This document shows, piece by piece, positions 12,678 to 24,857 of a DNA stretch of 64,000 nt. The position numbers and the translations under genes were made by a program. The notes below the pieces were generated by a model. It had not been told where the DNA came from and did no database searches. It was given only the letters and a program-made list of their open reading frames with translations. The DNA comes from Xylographa opegraphella (taxonomy: Eukaryota): positions 62,001-126,000 of the forward strand of contig JALDZX010000007.1 of the NCBI GenBank assembly GCA_022813865.1. The letters run 5' to 3'. Each line of letters begins with the position of its first letter. The first letter of the stretch is position 1.

Positions 12678-14219
12678 GTTTGCGGGGCTGGGTTGTGGGA
12701 GTTACTTAAGTTGGGTAAGATAGGTGGTGGTGGTGTGGGGGGAGAAAACAGTGGGTGAGTTCTGTTGGTGCGGGAACTGGGATGTGGGTGGTGCGGGTGA
12801 ATAAGGGGAACGAGCTGTGGGTGTCCTGAGAAATCCATTTATAAGTCTGGGGGAGAGGAGATCGAGATAATGCTGAGTAGGGGGCAACAACGGAATGGCA
12901 TTGTTGCTTTGGAGGGTCTGCTTTGTGCGGGTGGGCGAGAACGATTGTCTGGTATTGGTGTTGCAGCTCCGAGGCTTTCACAATGAGTGGGTTTCTCGAT
13001 GGTAAAGCGGGACTTGCATGAACAATAAGCAATGCCATGTCCGCTGTGCTCGCACCCGCTTTCACGTGATTCGGCTGGCCAACGGTTGTCGTAGCGGTCC
13101 ATTCTTCTGCTGAGCCCGAACACCATCGTTCTGCTTGCTGCAGTTTCCTAGCAAACGGAGGCTAAAGCTTGTTTTGACCACTGAGGGATGCTCTGTAGCT
13201 TCATCCTTCTCTCGCACCTCTGGGCCGAAGAGGGGAACGAGCAGCTGATATTCAAATGAGCGCCGACCTGGCTGACTTGGCCTGCCCTCAACACTCCGGT
13301 ATGCATCAGGATAGGAGACGATTGATCAGTAAGCTTGCTGGTGCATGAACGAATAATGAGTTGAGATAAATGCATGCTATATGCGGAACTTTACAGAACT
13401 TTGATAGTGTCTTAAGCGAGGCACTAAGATATTCTATATTAGGGATTTTAGACCTAGAATGGCTTAGCGTTCTGCGCAGGCCGAGAAAGCCTCCGTGGGC
13501 ATAAAAATACTACCACGACTCTCGTGTAGCCACCATGACGCCGATTACCAATTGTTTGAACCATGGTATGACTTCGGATACGTATGCTTCACCGGACTCG
13601 GGATGAGACATACTTTTCTTTGTTGAAAGCTTTGTACGCTCAAAACATGGTAATGTCTCAGCCGGCTCCAAGTGCTACTGAGCTATCACAACTAGTAGCT
13701 TTACCTTTGTGTTGCATGCTGCCTGTATTCCCTTTGGTTTTCGGGGAAGATGTAAGCCTGGCCCCGTAATTTTATCTACTTTAGGAGGGGAGCAGCGTGT
13801 ATGAAGGTTTCTCTTATCCTCTCGAATTGGTCATCAGGCCGATGCTTTGCGTTCGGTGGAACCCCAAGGACTTCGATTGGGTGGCATTTACGAGCCCATA
13901 AAGAACGTTCGGTGATCCTACTGCATGTAGTGCTACGTGAGAGCGAGTGGGGTCGTTATGGGGATTGCTTCCACATTAACAAAGCTTTTGCTGCAGTCTG
14001 AGAGTCGTGGTACCTCACAAATCTCGAGGATGATTTCTACCACGATATAGTGCAGATGGTGAAGCGGGGTCGAGCGTGTGCGGGGACGCGTGCTCAATGC
14101 TTATATTACCCACGATTTCCAGGAGTAACAGACAGAACGTTGTTGCTAAATCGATTATCAGATTGTCACACTCATCATCATCATTCCTGCTACACTACAC
14201 AACCAGGAACTCTCTGAAA

Positions 14220-15257
14220 ATGCTTGGATTACTTTTAATACTGCTTTTTGCTCCTTTCAATGTTCTTACACTTCCATTCTCATTCTCATTTACGGGTGAT
14301 CAATTGGTTTTGCAACCGGTCGATGGCCCGGCCATAGAGAGTGAGGTTTCTACAGGCCCATCCTCTGCAGTCCAGTTGATATATCAATTCAGAGATCATG
14401 TTGCCCTAGAAAATCTTGCCATCCGCTCAAATGGCCACCTCGTTCTGACGGCTTCAAATCAAGCAATCGTGTACGAAATGAATCCTGCTGCTCGCAATGC
14501 ACCCCCGACATCTCTGCCCTCAATACCTGGTGTTACCGGTCTTACAGGTATAGTAGAAACGGCCCCAGACGTCTTCGCTGTTGCCGCTGGAAATTGGTCG
14601 AGTGGAGGATTTCACGGTGAACCAGGTTCCTTTTCCATTTGGTCGGTCGATTTCAATCAACGTCGACCGACGGTGAAGCTTATTGCTGCAATTCCCGAAG
14701 CTGATGCCTTGAACGGACTAACGACATTGGAGTCATCACCCGAGATTATACTTGCCGCCGATTCGTCCGCAGGGGTCATACGACGGCTGAACGTAATCAC
14801 TGGGGAACACAATGTTGCTCTTCAAAATCCTTTCTTCGCACCAACCGGCAAGATTCCCCTGGGGATCAATGGTATTCGTACTTTTGACGGACACCTTTAT
14901 TTCCTCAATTCGGCTCAAGGGGTTTACGGCCGTGTTCCCCTCAACGACGACGGCAGTGCAGCCGGAGAGGTGCAGGTGGTGGCGAGGACCAATTTGCCCG
15001 CGATATATGATGATTTCGACTTGGACTGGGAAGGTAACGCATGGATTGCGACCCATGCCAACATGTTGAATGAGATCACGATACAAGGCAAACAGAGGAA
15101 CATCACAGCAGACAGTCGGAATACGGAAATGACGGAGCCCACCTCGGCACAGTTTGGACGTGGGTCCAAGCAAGCTGAGAAAACAGTATATATGGTATCG
15201 GCAGGAAATACTGCGGTTGGGGGACAGGTCCACGCTATCAACTTGTGTCTAATCTAG
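14220..15257 (+). CDS. Secreted six-bladed beta-propeller protein (SMP-30/gluconolactonase-like; resembles AsR5-type hetero-Diels-Alderase family)
   Basis: Hydrophobic N-terminus MLGLLLILLFAPFNVLT. Motifs ENLAIRSNGHL, LTGIVETAPDVFAV, LNGLTTL, LAADS, GINGI, LYFLNS, DDFDLD and PTSAQFGRG. Confidence 0.75.
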   Translation: MLGLLLILLFAPFNVLTLPFSFSFTGDQLVLQPVDGPAIESEVSTGPSSAVQLIYQFRDHVALENLAIRSNGHLVLTASNQAIVYEMNPAARNAPPTSLPSIPGVTGLTGIVETAPDVFAVAAGNWSSGGFHGEPGSFSIWSVDFNQRRPTVKLIAAIPEADALNGLTTLESSPEIILAADSSAGVIRRLNVITGEHNVALQNPFFAPTGKIPLGINGIRTFDGHLYFLNSAQGVYGRVPLNDDGSAAGEVQVVARTNLPAIYDDFDLDWEGNAWIATHANMLNEITIQGKQRNITADSRNTEMTEPTSAQFGRGSKQAEKTVYMVSAGNTAVGGQVHAINLCLI

Positions 15258-15938
15258 TACAACCACTGGGTCAGTCGATAGAAAGGGCTATGAGTTTATC
15301 GAATGAGCTGGATAGCTAACGATGGGTTCAGGGCAAATTCTTGGACTACAAGGACAACGAGGAGTGAGAAAAGTTAGTGGCCGATATTTGCATTGAGACT
15401 TGTGGATTGCAAAGACCATGACGGATAAAGAGCTTTAGGGTCTGATGTTTTGGCTTGATTCAAATTGGCACGCTATCGTACACAATCGTGGCTTGACATG
15501 GCCAGTGATCACGGGATTAGCACATCGCAAATTAGGGTTCTCAACAACCGAGGAATTTCACTCGCGAAATCATGCTTTGTGGAAGATTAGCATAAAAGTA
15601 CTCAGCTTACCTAAATCTTCGTCAAGGCCCCACGTGCTTTACTCCGTACCAATGACTTTGATATAGGCAAGTCACTCATCGTTCTCGCGCAAGCTTGTTC
15701 TCCCACAGCTCCGAAGATTCGGCCCGTCATGTTCGGTGGATTTTTATCATGCTCTCCATCTCATCAGTTTCTGCCAAAATTCTCCCAAATTTCCCCTCCC
15801 CTCAGATGATATAGGTCCTGCACAGCGAATGCAAGTCAGGAAAGCGAAGCCCGTTGCCCTCTGAAGCGTTTGGCAAATTGGACCTGGCCGTGCGATCAGC
15901 TCGTGCGATTCGAGCAGCCTATCAGCGTTCCCGCCGAA

Positions 15939-17842
15939 ATGGCCGAGCAGCGTCCGCCTAGCGAGCACGAGGAGAAAGCCACAGAGCACGAAGACCGGTC
16001 TGCGGAGCACGCGAAGCCGGAGGCGTCGCTCTCCATCTCGAGCTCAGAGCAGCATGGTGGTGACGAGCAGACCGTCGTCTACCCGACGGGCAAAGCCCTC
16101 GCCCTGATCATGCTAGCCCTGTACCTCGCCGTCTTCCTCGTCGCGCTCGTACGCCCCCCTTCCCCCGACAAAATGGTCGCTCCCCGCTCGAACGCTGACC
16201 GAGTTGGCAAAATAGGACCGCACCATCATCGCCACCGCCATCCCGCGCATCACCGACGACTTCCACTCCCTGGGCGACACCGGGTGGTACGGGAGCGCGT
16301 ACCTGCTCGCCCAGTGCGCCTCCCAGCTGCTCTTCGGCCGCATCTACACCTTCTACTCCCCCAAATGGGTCTTCCTCATCGCCATCGCTTTCTTCGAGCT
16401 CGGCTCCGCCCTCTGCGGGGCGGCGCCCAACTCCGTCGCCTTCATCGTCGGCCGCGCGCTCGCGGGCTTGGGGAATTCCGGTATTTTTTCCGGTGCCATC
16501 GTTATTATGGTGTATATTGTCCCGCTGGCCAAGCGGTCGATCTATCAGGGCCTCATTGGGGCGATTTGTGAGTTTCTGGCCACAAATGGGCTGTGTTGTG
16601 TCTATGGCTGATGATAGCTTGGGAACAGATGGCGTGGCGTCCGTTATGGGCCCATTGCTGGGTGGTGTCTTCACCGACCATGTAACATGGTAATCCCCCC
16701 CCCAAAACCTGGCTTCCCAGCGTCCGCTTCCATCCCACTGACCCGAACCTAGGCGCTGGTGCTTCTACATCAACCTCCCCATCGGCGCCCTAACGGTCGT
16801 GATCATCGTGCTCATCCTCAAACTACCCACCCACACCCGCGCGGCCACGTCGCTGTGGCAGAAATGCGTGCAGCTCGACCCGCTCGGCAACCTCTTCCTG
16901 CTGCCGAGCATCGTCAGCCTGCTGCTCGCGCTCGAATGGGGTGGCACCACCTACGCCTGGCGCAGCGGGCGCATCATCGGCCTCCTCGTCCTGGCCGGCG
17001 TGCTCGCCGCCGCCTTCGTGGGCGTGCAATGCCACCGCCCCGACACGGCGACGGTGCCGCCGCGCATCCTGCGCCAGCGCAGCATCGCTGCGGGCTTCTG
17101 CTTCGCCTTCTGCCTCGGCGCGGCCATGATCGCCATGGTCTTCTACCTGCCCGTGTGGTTCCAGGCCATCACGGCCGTCAGCGCGGTGCAGTCCGGCATC
17201 CGCAACCTGCCGCTGATGCTGTCGCTCGTGCTGGCCAGCATCGGCGCCGGCGCCGCCGTCGCCACCCTCGGCCACTACGCGCCCTTCATGATCCTCGCCG
17301 CCCTGCTCATGAGCCTCGGCGCCGGCCTGCTGACCACCTTCCGCCCGGACACGGGGCCCGCGCGCTGGATCACCTACCAGATCCTCTTCGGCGTCGGCCT
17401 CGGGCTCGGCATGCAGCAGCCCAATCTGGCGGCGCAGACGGTGCTCGCGCGCGCCGACGTCGCCGTCGGGGCCTCGCTCATGTTCTTCGCCCAGGCGCTC
17501 GGCGGCGCCATCTTCGTCTCCGTCGCGCAGACCATCTTCACCAACAGCCTGGTCGCCGGCCTGAGGCACGTGCCGGGGCTGGATCCCGTCAACGTGGCCA
17601 ACACGGGCGCCACCGAGATCCGGAACCTGGTTCCCGCAAACGACCTGGGTGCGGTGCTGGTGGCGTACAATGCGGCCTTGACGGACGCCTTCAAGGTCGC
17701 CTTGGCCGTCGCCTGTTTCTCGGCCGTGGGCGCCTTTGCCATGGAGTGGAGGAGCGTGAAGGTGAAGAAGGACACGAAGAATGGCTGTGGGGTCGCGGAC
17801 GCGCAGGAGGAGAGTGCGGGCGGGATATGTGAAAGCGTGTAA
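15939..17842 (+). CDS. MFS drug/toxin efflux transporter, 14-TM DHA2 (AflT-like), 4 exons
   Basis: [97 protein letters not shown]. Confidence 0.93.
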
Positions 17843-18118
17843 GGGGGGGGGGGGAAACAACACAGCATAGCAGTCACGCCGCATAGCACAATAGATAATT
17901 TGGATTCTGATTTCTGCCTACGCGAGTGACGACTCAGTCGAGCGATTGGCAGCGCCAATGCCAGCGGCTCGTCAACGTATGACTGCATCCTCACAACTGA
18001 CATCAAACGCGAGAACAGCAGCAGCAGCATGAGTCACGATCGAAATTGTCCAGAATCCCAATCTGTTGAAGACCGCACTGCGAATCTATTCGATACATGC
18101 ACACAGCCAGTCCACTAC

Positions 18119-19249
18119 TCACCAGATAGCCACACACCTCAACTCCAAACTCTCCCGCGGCTCCTCCCCTTCCCTGCCCGGCAACTCCACACTGCTATGC
18201 ATCGCTCCGCCCGCCGCCACACTGTCTCCCTCCCGGTCACTGTCCCACAGCCCCAGCACCAAAACCTCGTCGGGTGCCTGCTCGCTCACATAGCACCACC
18301 GATGCGCGTCGCTCCCCTTGCACACGTACGCGTCCATGATATGCATGCCCTTGTTCTCGCCGTCCCCGCTGATCGTCGGCGCCGGGACCTCGATCCGCAC
18401 GTAGTCGTCCTTGGTAAACGAGCGTACGTCACCGAACGCGAGCGGGTCACGCTTCACCGGTTTCAGGGGTCGCCACACCGAGTAGATGGCCCAGCGGGGC
18501 GCGTCGGGCGTGGAGGCGTAGTGGGTGGCGAGGGGCAGACCGGCGGCGTGGAGACGGTCTTCGGCAGCAATGACGGGCGCGCAGGCGGCGGTCAGGGTCG
18601 GGTGGAAGAGCCGGATGTGGGTTCGGGCGCCTGTGGGAGTGAAATCGAGGTGGGTTTTCCCGGCAGGAGGCACGCCGCCGAAGACGGGGGAGAAGCCGAT
18701 GACGTTGGGGAAGTGGAGTTTGAAGATGGTTTGGTCTCGGAGATGAGCCGGCGGCTGGGTGGCGCTGTTGGCAGAGGTTTCCCCAGGAGTTTCCTTGCTT
18801 GGCTGCTCTGGAGGAGGAGCGGGGGCCTCGGCTATGCGCTTGGGGGTACCACGCATGAGGAGGACTTCCGTGATCACTGTTTTGGCACCCGTGATCCGTT
18901 TCAGCATGTCCTCCACTTCTGCGATGTATACCTTTTGAACAATGTCGGGGTCGTGCCAACTTGCGGCAGTGTAGGGACTGAAATGTAAGCTGGAGGGGCT
19001 TTTGACAGCGGTGAATCCATGAGTCAGGAGTTGTGCAGTACCCTCTTTCGCGATTGGTAGCTCGTCCACGGTTGGCAGAGGACGGATGTCGTGAATGGGC
19101 ACCAGACGCTCATCATCGTATTCGGAGACGTCAGGCAAACCGAAAGGCTGTGTAATTGGTTTTGGGTTCCAATTGGCAGTAACATATCGAAGCTTGCCAT
19201 AATTGATGGGAGCAGATGAAGATGTCTCCGTCACGGTAGTAGAGGACAT
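18119..19249 (-). CDS. AsaB/CTB9/GA4-desaturase-like non-heme iron hydroxylase/desaturase
   Basis: HGFTAVK, THLDFT (HxD), YSVWRPLKPVKRDPLA, HRWCYVSEQAPDEVL, distal His in AMHSS, and C-terminal RESLELRC. Confidence 0.8.
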   Translation of the reverse strand: MSSTTVTETSSSAPINYGKLRYVTANWNPKPITQPFGLPDVSEYDDERLVPIHDIRPLPTVDELPIAKEGTAQLLTHGFTAVKSPSSLHFSPYTAASWHDPDIVQKVYIAEVEDMLKRITGAKTVITEVLLMRGTPKRIAEAPAPPPEQPSKETPGETSANSATQPPAHLRDQTIFKLHFPNVIGFSPVFGGVPPAGKTHLDFTPTGARTHIRLFHPTLTAACAPVIAAEDRLHAAGLPLATHYASTPDAPRWAIYSVWRPLKPVKRDPLAFGDVRSFTKDDYVRIEVPAPTISGDGENKGMHIMDAYVCKGSDAHRWCYVSEQAPDEVLVLGLWDSDREGDSVAAGGAMHSSVELPGREGEEPRESLELRCVAIW

Positions 19250-19763
19250 TGCGTTTGCTGGCTGGTAATTGTATGGTTCCAAAGACAAGTTACATGTAAA
19301 GGCACGGACTCAGAATGATATAAAAGTGTCACAATCAGCTGGTACGGAAGGCGAAGATGGGAAGTAGGGACGAAATATGGTGATGATCGTCGCCGAGGCA
19401 TCCCGAGCATTTAAGACGCATTGGATCATGACACTCGTATCATGCATGGGTTATTTCTTCAAGTCTGCCACTGGTCAGGTCAAATTCGCCGAAGGTCAAT
19501 TTAAAGTTCGGAGGTTTTATATCAAATCAGAAGACCTCTTTGATTCGGCCCGAACAAAGCTTGTGCAGTGACTTTTACTGCCAGAAATATACCTGGAACT
19601 CGTCTTACATTTGTAGAGACAGAGGTACCAGAAAACTCATCGTACTCTTGCTGAGTACCGTCGACCTTTTCACTATAGCGTTGATAGATCCGAGATGCGA
19701 CCCTAGGTATTCCAAATCCCAGGACTTTCTCACTAGATTTTCATCCCCACTCCAGTAGTCGGT

Positions 19764-21309
19764 ATGGTTCACGAAGTTTGTTCGATGAACGGCGAAGGCG
19801 CCACGCCGTCTTCCAGAATTGCAGAATTAGCGTCGGTGGTTATGGCCAACACGGCAAAGTTTGACGAGCTGCTTGCACTACACAAGCTCCCTTCTCCTTC
19901 ATTTGAGCCCTCGACAATTGCCGAATTGCCGCTATCGGAAGAGCTGCAGAAAACACAGACTGCTATAGTGGAGGGCATCTCCGAGTTGCAGGCGTTGGTT
20001 CTTGGACCTATAGGCATGTTACGGAATAATGCCTTAATGGTATATTAGGTCTGCCACTTTAGACGAAAGCGGCTTAGACTGATCGGAAACAACAGTACAT
20101 TGACCTCATAAGCCTTCAAGCCATCTGCCAATTTGGGATTGCGCAGTCCTTTTCCGAGGAAGCGTCATATGACCAAATTTCGAAGATATGCGGATTGGAC
20201 GAACCGACTCTGCGTCGAATCATGCGCCATTCCATGACCAATTACATATTCAAAGAACACAACGATATCATTACTCACACAGCCGCCTCCAAGTTACTCA
20301 ACGAGAATCCTTTGATGCGAGCATGGGCCGCTATGATTTGCGAGGAATCATGGCCTGCAGCGGCACGGGTCAGGATCTCATGTGACTTAAGCCACAAAGT
20401 ATCTACTAATTCATCGAGCAGACCGTTGATGCCCTGGATCACTGGCGAGGATCTGAAGAGCCAGAGCACACGGTGACGCGCTTTGGTCCGCAACGCAAGG
20501 ATGTAGTTCGCTGACGGATGTATGGCAGGGATTCGCTCTCGCGAAAAACACCAGTGTTTCATTCTTTGTCGAGCTTGGAAAGGATCCGAGCAGGGCGAAA
20601 CGATTCGCCGAAGCCATGAGTATGTTTGAATCTGGACATGGCTCAGCAATTTCCACCTTACTCAAGCATTTTCCTTGGGGCGCCATTGGTGAAGGGACCA
20701 TCGTCGATGTAGGCGGCTCACACGGAAGCCGTGGGATTGCCATTGCCGAAAGATACCCATCCCTTCATTGCGTCGTTCTAGACCTTCCGGAGGTCGTGGC
20801 TGACGGTCCAGCCAAGATTCCTTATGATCTTCAATCTCGCGTCACATTCGCAGCCCACGATTTCTTCACCGAGCCACCCGAGGTCGCGAAGGCGGCAGAT
20901 GTCTACCTTTTCTGCCGGATTTTCCACAATTGGTCCGACAAGTACTCGGTCAGAATTCTTCGAAGCTTGGTGCCAGCACTGAAACATGGCGCGCGCATCT
21001 TGATTAGCGACATCTGCTTACCAGAGCCTCATGCTCTTCCATATACGCTCGAGAAGAAAATGCGGTCAGTTCCCCATCCATCGCGAACTTTTGCAACTAC
21101 CCCCATCGGCCGCTATATTAATGGTTTGCCGCAGGGCATCTGATTTGGGAATGATGGCTATGCTGAATGCGAAAGAACGGGGACGTCACGAATGGGCCGA
21201 GTTATTTCGACAAGCAGACGAGAGATTTCATTTTCTGGGCATTCGGGAGCCAGCCGGTACTCAGATGGCGTTGATCGAGGCTGTGTGGAATGGACAGAAT
21301 TCACCGTAG
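19764..21309 (+). CDS. SAM-dependent O-methyltransferase (fungal Methyltransf_2, OmtA-like), ~5 exons
   Basis: N-terminal RIAELASVV...LPSPSF dimerisation region, LRRIMRHSM, HTAAS, VDVGGSHG, AHDFF, RIFHNWSD and NAKER. Confidence 0.92.
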
Positions 21310-21830
21310 TGTCCTAGAAGATAACAAGATTCCTTCTCAATCGAGGAGTTTACATGGCCGTCGCTGTTGGAAAGAGAACGTTCAGGTCACACTTTTTCGT
21401 TGGCTGCAGTTGTCTTAAGGTTTGTATGCTAAGTTGGCTACGCTGCTTACGGCCTAGCGCAGCCGGCCGGCCAGATAGGCGAGGTTCTGTCTGCATTAAG
21501 GGCTTACAATATAGGTAATGATTGGACGCTTATGATCGAAGTGGAAGACATGTTCTCAGGCTGTGTGACTTTAGTCGCGTTCGGTGATAGAGAAGGGCTT
21601 GCGTAGGACGATTAAAAGGACAGGAGAGCGTGATCGTTGTGAGCAGGGTCAGCGAGATGAGGCGCGCCTTAGGGAAATGACACGACGCCTACTTCTCTTG
21701 AATGAAATACAGTCTCAAAAGAAGCATCCGCCGACACAGTTCCAATCAATAGACGGCAATTGTGATGACTAGTCTGCTCAAGGCTGCAGCTCGCGGCGCC
21801 AACCCACTGGCGTTTCTGACTCATCCACCT

Positions 21831-23577
21831 TCAGCGACGATCATTAGAGCTTGAGTACGTTGCCTCTAACGCGTTGTAGTGCGAGAACAGCCTGTTGGGG
21901 TCATATTTGTTCTTGAGCCGATTCAGCCGCGGTAGTTTCCGCTCCGTGTACCAACCCAGCTGCCCTTCGTCGCCGTGCCCATAGTTCACGTAGACCTCGA
22001 TGTTGCTTGTGTTCGCACCACTTGTCGGGATAAAGATGCTTCGTGCAGTGTGACCGACTTGAGAGGCAGCAGCAGCTCGAGAGCTGTTTGAAAAGCCGAC
22101 GTCGAGGAGGCTAAAACCCGAAGGCTGTTAATGTTTGTTGGAAGCCAAGCGACAAAAAGAGAATTGAACATACAAGCGTGCGACAGCATTTCGGTACGGA
22201 TATGCGGTACTATCATCAGGGATGGACTCGGTGACTCGAGACGCATACATGTCAATCGCGAGGAATCCAAAGCGGAAGTCAGCATTCTGCGCATAAACAC
22301 TGTCCATGTAGTTCACTGCGGCGATCATAGTGGGCACATCGACCTGATAGAGATTCAGGCCCCAAACGCTATGGAAGTTGCCTTTGATGCAGGCAACAGC
22401 GTCGACGCCAAATTTGGACGAGGTCTCGATGTCTTTCCACGGGATCATGGTAATATTCTGGTCGAAGGGCCCGAGGTCGATCAACGGTTGGATAAGAGCG
22501 ATGCCCTCGCGTAATGCCCCCACATAGATAAAGTTGGCGAAGAGGTAAGTCTGGTGGCATTGTTAGCTGGGAGTAGATGGCAATACGACGATCACTGACG
22601 CCTCCAAACGACTCGTTGTAAGCGATCGCTATGTCGATTGAGAAGGTGTCGGGCATTCTGCCTGTGAAAGACCGCGCGAATTCGTAGAGGGATGCGTTTT
22701 GGGCGGCATAAAACCTAAAGTCTGCACTCATGGCTTGACCGTTGTTTGTAAAGTTGTAGACCTGATACGTCGCCGATGTGACAATGCCGAAGTTGAAGCC
22801 CGCTCCCCGTAAGCCCCACCAGAGGTCGGGGTGGCTGGTCGAGGAGACTTCGATGAGAGCACCAGTACCGGTGACCATTCTGACGGACTGGAGCGCATCG
22901 AGTTGAAGACCATGCAGCCCTCCGTACGGTCCGACACCGCCACCTAGTGTGGCTCCGAGAATACCAACGCAAGAGCACGAGCCAACCTCTACGCAGGAAA
23001 GAGTTTAGAAAATGCTCATAGCCGGATGATGGGAGAGAGAAAAAGATTTGATAGCTGGTCACGTACGAAACTCCTTTCCAGCATCGTACAGTGGACCTGT
23101 AATATTTGCAAAGTGGACAGCGCCACCGACGGTCATGGTGTTGGCATCTTTGTCGATGGACACATTGTTGAAATTGCCGAGGTCGATCTCAATGCCGTTC
23201 TGAACCGTACCCACAGTGACCGAGTAAGCATGGCCGCCACCGGTGCCGAGAAACGATATATTGTGCAAGAAAGCATATTCGATCTGTGCCCGAGGTAATC
23301 AGCGGCGGATGTCTGTATCTTTGCTCGGGCAGTATCAACGCACAATCTTCTGTACATCAGAATCGGTCGTCGGTTTCACGGATATAATGTACGTTGGCGC
23401 ACGAAAGGCGTTCCATCGTTGAGTTGTATCCACCGAGTAATTGGCCTCCGAAGGAAGATAGACCGCAGACGCGGATGAGAGGTGTTTCCGGAAGTATAAT
23501 GCCACCTCTGGTCCAGTTTGAGCAAATACTGGCCCAAGCACACACAGGAGCCCAAAGATTGAGAATGAGAAGTTCAT
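21831..23577 (-). CDS. FAD-linked oxidoreductase, berberine-bridge-enzyme-like, with signal peptide (5 exons)
   Basis: Signal-like MNFSFSIFGLLCVLGPVFAQ. GGGHAYS (His-FAD), GSCSCVG..GATLGGG (Cys-FAD), DLWWGLRGAGFNFGIVTS, and a last exon read manually as YVNYGHGDE...LPRLNRLKNKYDPNRLF. Confidence 0.9.
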
Positions 23578-24857
23578 GGTTTGACCGAGTCGAAGCATGG
23601 CAAGTCAATCCTCGCAGCTTCCCTTGGCTTCATGTACTCGGCGGTGCACACCCTCTTCCGCTGGATCAGCGATTGGATGACGCGTTTCCGCGCACACGGG
23701 GACGAACCAGAGATACAGTTCAGATGCAATGACGAGATCCAGCGTACATGGGAGCGAAGCAGAGATGCCGCTTGGATGCAACGACCGAATCCATGAGCAA
23801 AGCAAGACGAGTTCCGTACAGTTTCGTGCTCCGATTCGAAGGGGAGCAGATTCGGCGTTCGGTGGATTTCAGCGTGTCGATCAGAAAGGACGAGGTCTGT
23901 ATGCATGGTGGTGGGTGGTAGTGGTAAATTGCGGGCAACTCTGTTTCAATGTCACGTTGGGGTCCCTGCAATGATCGACGAACTGCAGCCGATTCTTCAA
24001 AGAGTCAGAGACCTGCATCCAATTCCCCCAACGAGTGCGGTGCAGCGTCGATAGTGCGCGTAGGAGGTGGAGGAGTGGTGGATATAGCTTCCACGCGTTT
24101 CACATACCTAGACACAGCCGGCGGATGACGCGACTCCGTCGGATTCGGTTAGGCCCGCGAGGCGGACTTAGTAAGGTGCCACAAGGAAGGGATACCTTAG
24201 TAATTAGCGTGTAGCCGGATATCGGGACTACTGCGTATAATACTCCACAATACTCCACACCATGCCCGATCGCCCGTCACCGAAGATCGATAAAGGTTTG
24301 GCGCTAGTGGCTGGATCCCGTGCAACAAGCACGGCAACGATCCTCGATCCTTCGTTCCGATTGGAGGCCGAAGACTGCTGGCCTACGATCAAGGCCGCCG
24401 TTCGCGGACTTCCGACGATAATCGTCCGGCGTGTAAGGACGACCGCGACGATTAGCAGGATTGCCAAAGATATCGGTACTGCCCGACTGAGGCACTGTCT
24501 ACCTACCTTACCTTACCTTATCGTGATAAGGTAGGTCAGGTAACTGAGATATCCGCCTATAGTGCAACAGCGCCGGTCCCGAATACCCGGTTCCAGTCGA
24601 TGCACCACGATCCGCCCTCGGCCCCGATGAGGCTAGACGGGTGACGATCGGCAGAGAGGCAGAAGTACGAGCATGCGGGTCGCCGAAGCCAACCGGCGGT
24701 GATGAATCGAGCCACGCCCACGCCCACCCTCAGCCGACATTCACTTGGACTGAAGCGTGCGTTATTTCATCCGTCTGATTCTTCTGCACAGTGCTTTCCC
24801 CTCCACCAACGCTTCCCTAACCCTGACCCATTATCTCAGTATTAACTTCCAGATAGG

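Noticed and set aside
16759..18988. Long alternative-frame and antisense ORFs (357, 353, 319 aa) over the MFS and AsaB genes; likewise over THI80, the TF and the LPMO
   Set aside because: These are shadow ORFs caused by very high GC3 in the real genes; the translations are Arg/Pro/Gly-rich with no motifs.
24262..24534. 90-aa ORF between the FAD oxidase and the AKR
   Set aside because: No motifs or obvious codon bias; it lies in a divergent promoter region and runs into low-complexity sequence.
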